Shown here: positions 8,744 through 16,906 of the stretch, in pieces
How the letters are laid out: the number at the start of each line of letters is the position of its first letter
How positions within the stretch are numbered: the first letter of the stretch is position 1
Source: an uncultured Acidimicrobiales bacterium
Lineage (GTDB): Bacteria > Actinomycetota > Acidimicrobiia > Acidimicrobiales > SHLQ01
Direction: 5' to 3'
DNA length: 64,000 bases
NCBI GenBank assembly: GCA_938038815.1
Contig: CALHTF010000013.1
Coordinates: 36,588 to 100,587 of the forward strand
The notes under the pieces: model-generated
Databases searched by the model: none
What the model saw: the letters and a program-made list of their open reading frames with translations, nothing else
What the model was told of the DNA's origin: nothing
Position numbers and translations under genes: made by a program

Positions 8744-11080
8744 GTGATACCTGAGCAACTGGCGGGCAAGCGCATCGCCATCACCGGTTCGACCGGATTC
8801 TTAGGGACCGCCCTGGTCGAGCGGCTGCTTCGTAGCGCGCCCGACTGTGAGCTGGTCCTGTTTGTGCGACCCGGACGACGAGGTGCCTCCGCCCGGGTCA
8901 AACGCGACATTCTCAAAAACAACGCCTTCGATCGCTTGCGCGACGAGTGGGGCGACGAGTTCGACTCGATCTGCGAAGCCCGGGTGCACGGCTACCCCGG
9001 CGACGTCGGCACCGACGGACTCGGCCTCGACGATGAGGGCCGGGCTGCCTTGGCAAGCTGCGACATCGTCATTCACTCCGCGGCCGCCGTGTCGTTCGAC
9101 TCCCCAATCGACCTGGCCGTCGAAGTCAATCTGCTCGGTCCAGTGCGGGTCGCCGAAACCCTCCACGAGCTCGGTGCGTCGCCCCATCTAGTGGCCGTCT
9201 CCACCTGTTACGTGGCCGGAAGCCGCCGCGGCGCAGCACCCGAAGAAGCGGTCGACGACAGCCCGTTCTACGTCGATGTCAATTGGCGCAACGAAGTCGA
9301 CGCCGCCCGTCGAGCTCGCACCGAATTCGAAGACAAAAGTCGCGAGGTCGAGCGACTCGAGGAGTTCACCAATCGGGCCACCTCGGAGCTCGGCGCCGCT
9401 GGACGACCAGCGATCGCCGCCAAGACCGAGCAATTCCGCAGCCGGTGGGTCATCGACCAACTCGCCGAGGCTGGCCGAGCCCGGGCTTCCTCGCTTGGCT
9501 TCCCCGACTCCTACGCCTACACCAAGGCCTTGGGCGAGGTCGCGCTGGCCGAAGTCCGAGGCGACCTTCCGGTATCGACGGTGCGCCCCGCGATCATTGA
9601 GTCTGCGATGGCCGAACCGGTACCCGGCTGGATCCGCGGCTTTCGCATGGCCGAACCGATCATCATCAGCTACGCCCGAGGCCTGCTTCCCGAATTCCCC
9701 GGCGTGCCCGAGGGCATCGTCGATGTGATTCCGGTCGACATGGTCGTCGCTGCGATCTGTGCGGTCGCCGCCCGTGGGCCGATCGAGACCGAGTCGGGCA
9801 AACCCGACATCACCCAGGTCGCCACCGGATCGATCAACCCTCTTCGTTACGGCCGCCTCGTCGACCTCGCCGAAGCGTGGTTCACCGCCAATCCCTTGTA
9901 CGACGAACTCGGCCAGCCCATTGCGGTTCCCGAGTTCTCCTTCCCGGGCCGCGGCCGGGTTCAGCGCCAACTCAGCCGGGCCAGCACATCGCTCGAGCGG
10001 GCCGACAAGGCCCTGTCGATGCTGCCACTTCGAGGCAAGCCTGCCATGTACACCGCCGGGCTCGGCGAACAGAAAGAACAGGTCGAGGCCGCCACCGGAT
10101 ACGTCGAGTTGTACGGCGCCTACGCCGAGTGCGAGGCCGTGTACGGGCTCGACCGACTCATTGCGCTTTGGGAGTCGCTCGACGCCGACGATCAAGAAGC
10201 CTTCGCCTTTGACCCTCGGGTTATCGAATGGTCGACCTATGTCACCGAGGTGCATTTCCCCTCGGTGGTGAAAGCCGGTCGCGTAAAGACGACCCCAGGC
10301 CGCAAGACCGGCCCGACTCGGGCCGAACGCCTGCGGGGCCAGGTTCTCGACGAGCGCCGCGAACTTGCCGTCTTTGACCTCGAGAACACCCTTATCGCCA
10401 GCAACGTGGTCACCTCGTACGCGTGGCTCGCGAGCCGCCAACTCCCCGACCGCGACCGGGGGCGGTTTGTGATGCGGACCCTGATGGAAGCCCCTGCGCT
10501 GCTTGCGCTCGACCGCCAAGACCGCAGCGACTTCCTGCGCCACTTCTATCGGCGCTTCGAGCACGCCAGCGTCGATCAACTCGAAGCCGACTCGGCCGAA
10601 ATGTTCAGCGACCTGATCTTGGCGAAGTCGTTCCCCGCCGCTATTCGACGGGTCCGGGCCCATCGGGCCGCAGGACACCGCACGCTGCTGATCACCGGCG
10701 CCCTCGACCTGGTGGTCAAACCCCTCGAGCCGCTGTTCGACGACATCATCGCCGCCAAACTTGGCGAGACCACCGACAAGACCGACCGGCTTACCTACGA
10801 CGGCAAGCTCACCCGCGTGCCACCGACCGGCGAAGCCCGGTACCAGGCCTTGGCCGACTATGCCGCGGAACACGATCTCAACCTTCGGGAGGCGGTCGCC
10901 TACGCCGACTCGGCGAGCGACCTCCCCATGCTCGAAGCGGTCGGGTTCCCCGTGGCGGTAAACCCCGAAACCAAACTGGCCTCGATCGCCCGCAAACGCG
11001 GGTGGCTGGTCGAACTCTTCGCCAAAGCGCCCGGCGGCCCTCGCAAACTCATTCCACTCGCACCCAGGAGATCTGCCTGA
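8744..11080 (+). CDS. Fatty acyl-CoA reductase (NAD_binding_4 / male-sterility type) fused to a HAD-IB hydrolase domain
   Basis: N-terminal Rossmann motif ITGSTGFLGTALVERLL plus YAYTKALGE (YxxxK). The C-terminal half has HAD motifs: VFDLENTLI (DxxxT-like), LITGALD and YADSASDLPML. The architecture resembles mycobacterial AcrA1-type proteins, from memory. Confidence 0.8.
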   Translation: MIPEQLAGKRIAITGSTGFLGTALVERLLRSAPDCELVLFVRPGRRGASARVKRDILKNNAFDRLRDEWGDEFDSICEARVHGYPGDVGTDGLGLDDEGRAALASCDIVIHSAAAVSFDSPIDLAVEVNLLGPVRVAETLHELGASPHLVAVSTCYVAGSRRGAAPEEAVDDSPFYVDVNWRNEVDAARRARTEFEDKSREVERLEEFTNRATSELGAAGRPAIAAKTEQFRSRWVIDQLAEAGRARASSLGFPDSYAYTKALGEVALAEVRGDLPVSTVRPAIIESAMAEPVPGWIRGFRMAEPIIISYARGLLPEFPGVPEGIVDVIPVDMVVAAICAVAARGPIETESGKPDITQVATGSINPLRYGRLVDLAEAWFTANPLYDELGQPIAVPEFSFPGRGRVQRQLSRASTSLERADKALSMLPLRGKPAMYTAGLGEQKEQVEAATGYVELYGAYAECEAVYGLDRLIALWESLDADDQEAFAFDPRVIEWSTYVTEVHFPSVVKAGRVKTTPGRKTGPTRAERLRGQVLDERRELAVFDLENTLIASNVVTSYAWLASRQLPDRDRGRFVMRTLMEAPALLALDRQDRSDFLRHFYRRFEHASVDQLEADSAEMFSDLILAKSFPAAIRRVRAHRAAGHRTLLITGALDLVVKPLEPLFDDIIAAKLGETTDKTDRLTYDGKLTRVPPTGEARYQALADYAAEHDLNLREAVAYADSASDLPMLEAVGFPVAVNPETKLASIARKRGWLVELFAKAPGGPRKLIPLAPRRSA

Positions 11081-12696
11081 TGGCAAGCCAGCCCAAACGG
11101 GCGCCTCGCCCCGGACTCGTACTCGACGTCGACCGGTCAACCCCGCCCGTTTTGTTCCACCACGGCGAAGGGTTCCGCCTAGAAAAGCTGCCGCCTGAGC
11201 GGTCGCGGATTATCTATCCCGCCGAACCATTGCCCGGCCTGGCCGACCCCGACGGCGCAATTCGCGACGCGCTCGCCAACCCAACCGGCGACAGCGAACC
11301 GCTGCACGCACTGTTGTTCGCCGGCATGAAGCTGACGATTGCGTTCGACGACATCTCGTTGCCGCTGCCGTCGATGCAAAAGCCCGACATCCGCCAGCGC
11401 ATCATCGAAGCGGTACTCGACCTCGCGGCCGCTGCTGGGGTTGACGATGTCCACCTCATCGCCGCACTCGCCCTGCACCGCCGGATGACCGAACCCGAGT
11501 TGCGCCACGCGGTCGGCGACCGGGTGTACGACGCCTTTGCCCCGCAGGGGTCGTTGTACAACCACGACGCCGAAGACCCCGACGGCATGGTCATCTTGGG
11601 CCAAACCCCTCACGGAGAAGACGTACAGATCTCCAAGCGGGCAGCCGAAAGCGATCTGGTCGTGTACGTCAACATCAACATCGTGTCGATGGACGGCGGC
11701 TGGAAATCGACCGCTACCGGACTCAGCGGCTACCAAGCGCTCAAGCATCATCACAACCCGGAAACGATGCGCAACACCAAGTCGATGATGGACAAAGACA
11801 ACAGCGAGCTGCACCGCTCGAACTGGCGTCAGGGCAAAGTCCTCAAAGACTCCGACCTCAAGATCTTCCAAATCGAGACCACGATCAACAACAACACGTT
11901 CGGCCACGATGGCCCGATGTCGGTGCTGCAAAAGCGCGAGTGGGAATGGTCGCCACGCGACCGCGCCTCGTTTCTGGCGATGCAGACCGGGCTCAAAGCA
12001 ATGTCGGGCCGAGCTCGTCGCAATGTCTTCCAGAGCTGGAAGGCACCCTATGAGATGACCTCGGTACAGGCCGGCGAGGTAGAAGCCGTCCACGACAAAA
12101 CGATCGAGAACGTCTACAAACAGCATCTCGTTCCGGTCGAGGGACAAACCGACATCATGACGATGGGCCTGCCGTACATCTGCCCGTATAACGTCAACTC
12201 GATCATGAACCCCATTCTGGTGATGTGCCTGGGACTGGGGTACTTCTTCAACATGTACAAGGGTCGTCCGCTGGTGCGCGAAGGTGGCGTGCTCATCATG
12301 AGCCACCCGACGCCGTGGGAGTTCCACCCGGTTCATCACCCGAGTTACATCGATTTCTTCGAGCAGGTCCTCACCGAAACGAAGGACCCGTCGGAGATGA
12401 GCGAGAAGTACGAAAAGCAGTTCGCCGAAGACGAGTGGTACCGCCACCTGTACCGGACCTCCTACGCCTACCACGGCGTGCACCCGTTCTACATGTGGTA
12501 CTGGGGCGCTCATGCGCTCGAACATCTCGGCCAGGTCATCATCGTGGGCGGCGATACTCGCTCGGTCCGCCGCCTTGGTTTCCGGCCGGCGTCGACGCTC
12601 AACGATGCGCTCGAGATGGCCACCGATGTGGTTGGCCCCCAGCCGACGATCACCCACTATCACAACCCGCCGATCCTTATGGCCGACGTGACGTGA
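11080..12696 (+). CDS. LarA-like (lactate racemase N-terminal / DUF2088) domain protein
   Basis: The ATG at 11080 overlaps the upstream TGA (TGATG). LarA-like blocks are present: LTIAFDDISLPLPSMQKPDIRQRIIEAVLD..VHLIAALALHRRMTEPE and VNINIVSMDGGWKSTATGLSGYQALKHHHN. Confidence 0.7.
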   Translation: MASQPKRAPRPGLVLDVDRSTPPVLFHHGEGFRLEKLPPERSRIIYPAEPLPGLADPDGAIRDALANPTGDSEPLHALLFAGMKLTIAFDDISLPLPSMQKPDIRQRIIEAVLDLAAAAGVDDVHLIAALALHRRMTEPELRHAVGDRVYDAFAPQGSLYNHDAEDPDGMVILGQTPHGEDVQISKRAAESDLVVYVNINIVSMDGGWKSTATGLSGYQALKHHHNPETMRNTKSMMDKDNSELHRSNWRQGKVLKDSDLKIFQIETTINNNTFGHDGPMSVLQKREWEWSPRDRASFLAMQTGLKAMSGRARRNVFQSWKAPYEMTSVQAGEVEAVHDKTIENVYKQHLVPVEGQTDIMTMGLPYICPYNVNSIMNPILVMCLGLGYFFNMYKGRPLVREGGVLIMSHPTPWEFHPVHHPSYIDFFEQVLTETKDPSEMSEKYEKQFAEDEWYRHLYRTSYAYHGVHPFYMWYWGAHALEHLGQVIIVGGDTRSVRRLGFRPASTLNDALEMATDVVGPQPTITHYHNPPILMADVT

Positions 12697-13613
12697 CCTT
12701 CGAACTGAAGCGCCCGCAGATCAAGAAGCCGCTCGCCAAGCTGCCGTTTCCGCTGCGCGCCCCGTCGACCCCGCTTTCGGTCGAACCGCTTCCGGCCGAC
12801 GAAAACACCGGAGCAAACTACGACACCGAGTGGGCTCGGTCGCCGGGTGCCCGGGCCTTCCGCGGCGCGTTGACCACTGCGGTCATGAAGCCGGCGATGA
12901 CCATGCTCGCTTCGCCCACGGTCAAGGGTCTCGACCGACTCGACAGCCTCGACGGTCCAGCGATTTTCGCGGCGAACCACCACAGCCATCTCGACACCCC
13001 ATTGCTGATCACCACGATCCCCGAACCATGGCGCAGCGAACTCGTGGTCGGCGGCGCGGCCGACTACTTCTTCAGCTCGCGAGCCAAAGGCGCCGTAGCA
13101 GCCCTCACGCTGGCCGCGTTTCCCGTCGAGCGCGACAGCACCGGACGCAAGACCGTCGATCTGGCAGCCGAAATGCTCGACGAAGGTTGGAGCATCTTGA
13201 TCTACCCCGAAGGCGGCCGGAGCCCCGATGGTTGGGGCCAACCCTTTCGACGCGGCGCGGCCTACCTTTCGAAGCGCTGCGATGTGCCGGTGGTACCGAT
13301 CCATGTCGAAGGCACGGGTCGCATCCTGCGCAAGGGCCGCAAACTGCCGAACCCCTCAACGTCGAAGATCACCTTCGGCGCGCCGGTCAAGGCCAACGAG
13401 GGCGAACGAACCGCCAGCCTCAGCGAGCGGCTCGAGGCATCGGTCGCCGAGCTTGCCGATGAAGCCACCACCGACTGGTGGACGGCCCGCCAGCGGGCCC
13501 ACGCTGGCACCACTCCCCCAATGCACGGCCCCAACGCCGGAGCCTGGCGCCGGGTGTGGGCGCTCGACCAAGACCGCCGCAACAAACCGAAACGAACCTG
13601 GCCCCGGCTCTAA
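12693..13613 (+). CDS. Lysophospholipid / 1-acyl-sn-glycerol-3-phosphate acyltransferase (PlsC family)
   Basis: The GTG at 12693 overlaps the upstream stop (GTGA). Acyltransferase motifs are present: HxxxxD box FAANHHSHLDTPLL, plus FPVERD and IYPEGGRS. Confidence 0.8.
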   Translation: MTFELKRPQIKKPLAKLPFPLRAPSTPLSVEPLPADENTGANYDTEWARSPGARAFRGALTTAVMKPAMTMLASPTVKGLDRLDSLDGPAIFAANHHSHLDTPLLITTIPEPWRSELVVGGAADYFFSSRAKGAVAALTLAAFPVERDSTGRKTVDLAAEMLDEGWSILIYPEGGRSPDGWGQPFRRGAAYLSKRCDVPVVPIHVEGTGRILRKGRKLPNPSTSKITFGAPVKANEGERTASLSERLEASVAELADEATTDWWTARQRAHAGTTPPMHGPNAGAWRRVWALDQDRRNKPKRTWPRL

Positions 13614-13683
13614 CCCCAGAATCCCAACTCGGATGCGTACCGGTCGTTCGAGCAGCACTTTTGCATCCGAGTTCGGGGGATTT

Positions 13684-15171
13684 TTAGGTTGGTTCGAGAC
13701 TCACCGGCGCCGGGGTCTCGATCATCGAGAACGCCAACAGCGCAACGAAAAGGTCAGTGCTCGCTCGGAGGGTGAGATGTTGATCGATCGGCAGCAACAG
13801 CGCGATCGCTACTACCGCCCCAAATGCCGCGGTTGCCGGTGCCGCGACCCAGGGGTCGTCCGAGCGCGTGCGTTCGAGGGTCTGGTAGCCCGCCACCAAC
13901 AAGAACACGACGGCGGCCGCCAACAAGAAGATGCCACCGACCCACAGCAACCACAGGTAACCGCTTTCGAGGAAGACCTCCTCGCCCACCACCAAGTCGT
14001 TGTCGGCGGTGACATCGAGTCGGACTCCGAGGAGCCAGTCTTCGATCGTACCGAACTCGGGAAGATAGAACCGCTCGAGGTTGTCGATCCGGGTCCGCCA
14101 GCTGATCGGCAGTCCGGAGCCTTCAGCGAATTCATCGATGCGGGCCTGAATCTGAGGCCACACCACAAAGGCCCCCACCGCCAGGGTGGCGGGAACCCCG
14201 AGCAACAGTTTCGTGCGCCCGGTCAGCACCGCAACGACCACCACCATGATGATGAGCGCGGCGACCGGCGAGAACTGGCCGGACGACAGAACGCCCACAG
14301 AGAACACCACCGAAGCACCTACGAGTCCGACGGTCCAGAGCCGCTGGTCACGAACTCGGGCCCCAAAGGGCGTCTCAAGATGCTTGGCCAACAAGGTGAG
14401 CGATACCGGCAGATGGAAGGCGATCAGCATGCCGAAGATGATGGCGTTACCGATGGTCGAGCTTCCCCGCCCGGAAAGCAGATAGTCGGTTTCTTGATAG
14501 CCGAGCGCCAGCAGGAGTTCGGCGACTTGGGCATTGATAAAGGCTTGGGCCACCCCGACCGTGGTGACGACCAGGCCGACCGCTCCGGTAAGCAACAGCC
14601 CGAACTGCACCTGTTTGCTGGTGCGCACAAGGCTGCGGAGCAGAATGAACAGGACGAAGTACTTCGGCAAGATGATGACCTGCCCGAGCCCCGCGCCCCC
14701 GACTGGTCGCCCCCGGCCAATCGCGAGCAAGACCGGGATGACCGACCCGGTGATCGCCAGCACCAAGAACGCCCAGTCGATCGGTTGGAGCTGTAACCGA
14801 ACCCGCTTGCCCGACCAGAGGGCAGGGATTGCGCCGACACCGACGCCGGCGAGCGTCGAGAACAAGAACAGTTCGTGGGGGCGCAAGAACGGCACCGGCA
14901 CGCCCCGGGCGAATCCGGCGAGCAGCGGGGTCGCGACCAGGATCATCGCCACACCGAGCAGCGGCCAGCGCGCCACCAACGCCACGGTGATCAAGCCGAG
15001 AACCGCAACGACTCCCAGCGGCCCAGCGGCCACGATCGCCAGCGCGCCGAACACCCCCACGATCCCAAGCGCGAGGGCGAGAGTTACGCCGGGAGGTTGG
15101 TCGGCCGCTGTCGCGTCGACGTCGGAGGGAGCGAGCACGTTGGTGGAGTTAGCGGCGGGGCCGGACCGCAA
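13684..15171 (-). CDS. Polytopic membrane protein, Wzy / O-antigen polymerase-like
   Basis: At least 11 predicted TM helices with one large loop (QIQARIDEFAEGSGLPISWRTRIDNLERFYLPEFG...). It lies immediately downstream of, and overlaps, a Wzz-like gene. Assigned by topology and context only. Confidence 0.5.
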   Translation of the reverse strand: MRSGPAANSTNVLAPSDVDATAADQPPGVTLALALGIVGVFGALAIVAAGPLGVVAVLGLITVALVARWPLLGVAMILVATPLLAGFARGVPVPFLRPHELFLFSTLAGVGVGAIPALWSGKRVRLQLQPIDWAFLVLAITGSVIPVLLAIGRGRPVGGAGLGQVIILPKYFVLFILLRSLVRTSKQVQFGLLLTGAVGLVVTTVGVAQAFINAQVAELLLALGYQETDYLLSGRGSSTIGNAIIFGMLIAFHLPVSLTLLAKHLETPFGARVRDQRLWTVGLVGASVVFSVGVLSSGQFSPVAALIIMVVVVAVLTGRTKLLLGVPATLAVGAFVVWPQIQARIDEFAEGSGLPISWRTRIDNLERFYLPEFGTIEDWLLGVRLDVTADNDLVVGEEVFLESGYLWLLWVGGIFLLAAAVVFLLVAGYQTLERTRSDDPWVAAPATAAFGAVVAIALLLPIDQHLTLRASTDLFVALLAFSMIETPAPVSLEPT

Positions 15172-15943
15172 ACAACAAGGCGAGACCAGCGAGGCACAAG
15201 CCAGCGATCAATCCCAACGCTCCGGCCTGCATCGGGCGAGGCTCAACCGGCCCGTCAGAGACCCATGAGGTTCCGAGTTGCTCGGCAACAACAACGGGCG
15301 TGTTGGGCCGCAGGTTGTTAAAGAGCCCAACCTGCACACCCATGTCGTCGACCACGAGTTGGTAGGCGGCGGTGAGCTCGTCGACAAGTTCGCTCTCGCC
15401 CTCGGCCGAGGCCGTGGCGATCTGGTCGAGCAAGTCGTTGCGTTTCACTTGAAGTTTGTTGATCTCGTCGATCGTTCCGTCGAGTCCGGGGACCTCGAGG
15501 CGACCTTCGACGCTAGCGAGGTACGCATCGACATAAGCCTGGACCACCGATTCGGCCACCTCGGGCGACTCGTTGCGAAAGCCGATCCGCACCGCCGTGC
15601 TCTGCTCGTTGATGCCGGCGGTAATGCCCTCGATCGTGAGGTGGTCGAGCACCACCGCTTGGTCGAGACCGGCGTCGGCGGCGACCTGCTCAGCCAGCGC
15701 CCGGCTTTGGGCCTTTACCTCTTGGGTCGCCATAAGCCGGTCGGTCGTACCGAACGACGGATTGACGATCTGATGGGTCACCTCAGCTTCGGCCAGGTAC
15801 CGCTCGGTACCGAGCGACGCCAAGAAAAAGGCCAGGACAGCGGGGAGAAGGACCAACAGCGGCAGCAGGGCAAAGATCCGTGATCGCTGGCGGCGCGGCG
15901 CGCTGGTTTGGGGGGTCTCGGGGGAAGAGCTCACAGGGTCCAT
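15149..15943 (-). CDS. Wzz-like polysaccharide co-polymerase (chain-length determinant) protein
   Basis: Start set at the ATG at 15943 (MDPVSSSPE...). N-terminal TM (IFALLPLLVLLPAVLAFFLA) followed by a Wzz-like block (AEAEVTHQIV..TAVRIGFRNESPEVAESVVQAYVDAYL). C-terminal TM (ALGLIAGLCLAGLALLFAV). Confidence 0.6.
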   Translation of the reverse strand: MDPVSSSPETPQTSAPRRQRSRIFALLPLLVLLPAVLAFFLASLGTERYLAEAEVTHQIVNPSFGTTDRLMATQEVKAQSRALAEQVAADAGLDQAVVLDHLTIEGITAGINEQSTAVRIGFRNESPEVAESVVQAYVDAYLASVEGRLEVPGLDGTIDEINKLQVKRNDLLDQIATASAEGESELVDELTAAYQLVVDDMGVQVGLFNNLRPNTPVVVAEQLGTSWVSDGPVEPRPMQAGALGLIAGLCLAGLALLFAVRPRR

Positions 15944-15996
15944 GGTGGAAGCATTCGCCCCAACTAGCAAGTACTTGTCGCGATCGTCGGCTGCAA

Positions 15997-16758
15997 TCAC
16001 GGGGCTTCGTTGGCGGTCGTTCCGTCGACCAGGCGAAGCCCGTGGGGGTTGAGGGTGGCCGACGGGGCCGACAGCTCGACAAAGAACTCGGTGAGGTGGG
16101 CCGGGAATACGTGCTCGCTGACCAGCACGGGTTGACCGTCGACATCGTTGGTCGTGCGGTGCACCACCAACACCGGCGAACCGACCGGGATGTCGAGCAG
16201 GTTGGCATCGGTCGGGCTCACCGCCTGAGCAGCGATGGTTTGGGTCGCCCCCCCGAGCGTGACCGGCAAGAGCTGATGGAACGTTGCCGACTCGACATCG
16301 GCGCGGGACAGATCGGCGCCCAAAGCCTCGCCACACCACACGGTCACCCGCGCCAGAGCCAACCCGTCGCTCACGTTGCGACGCTTTACTTCCAGAACTG
16401 CGCCGTCGCCGAGGGTGGCCGCCACCCATGCCGGAGGTTCGACGAACCCAAAGCCGAGCACGTCGCGTTCGGAGGTGGCGGCAAAGTCGGCGAATTGATC
16501 GTCGAGGGTGCCGAGTTGTTCGAGGCTTTGCTGCACGGGTTTGGCAGCGACGAGCCAGCCGAATCCTTGCCGGGAGTCGACCAACCCGTCGGTGCGCAAC
16601 ATGTCGAGAGCTTTGCGAATGGTGACCCGGCTGGCGTCGAACTCTGAGGAGAGTTCAGCCTCGGACGGCAGTACCTGACCGGCGGTCAGTTGCCCGCGTT
16701 CGATGCGGGTTCGCAACTCGTCGGCGATCGCGCGATATCGAATAACTCTCGAAGCCAT
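15997..16758 (-). CDS. GntR family (HutC/UTRA subfamily) transcriptional regulator
   Basis: Winged HTH YRAIADELRTRIERGQLTAGQVLPSEAELSSEFDASRVTIRKALDMLRTDGLV, followed by a UTRA-like C-terminal domain. Confidence 0.85.
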   Translation of the reverse strand: MASRVIRYRAIADELRTRIERGQLTAGQVLPSEAELSSEFDASRVTIRKALDMLRTDGLVDSRQGFGWLVAAKPVQQSLEQLGTLDDQFADFAATSERDVLGFGFVEPPAWVAATLGDGAVLEVKRRNVSDGLALARVTVWCGEALGADLSRADVESATFHQLLPVTLGGATQTIAAQAVSPTDANLLDIPVGSPVLVVHRTTNDVDGQPVLVSEHVFPAHLTEFFVELSAPSATLNPHGLRLVDGTTANEAP

Positions 16759-16761
16759 ACA

Positions 16762-16820
16762 CCACTTGTATCATACTTGACTTCAAAACCCAACTTGTAT
16801 TATGGTTGTATTGCAATATC
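16762..16820. promoter_or_regulatory. A/T-rich divergent promoter region with three TTGTAT repeats and an ATTGCAAT palindrome (candidate GntR operators)
   Basis: Sequence ccacTTGTATcatacttgacttcaaaacccaacTTGTATtatggTTGTATtgcaatatc. GTAT-C-ATAC and ATTGCAAT are palindromic. The region sits between the GntR gene and aconitase. Confidence 0.35.
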
Positions 16821-16906
16821 GGCGGGCCCAGTCCGTACAATCCCCTGCAGGCTCGCAAAGCTGAACTAGAACGTTAGAGAAATCCAAGAGAAGAAGGAAT
16901 CGCCAG

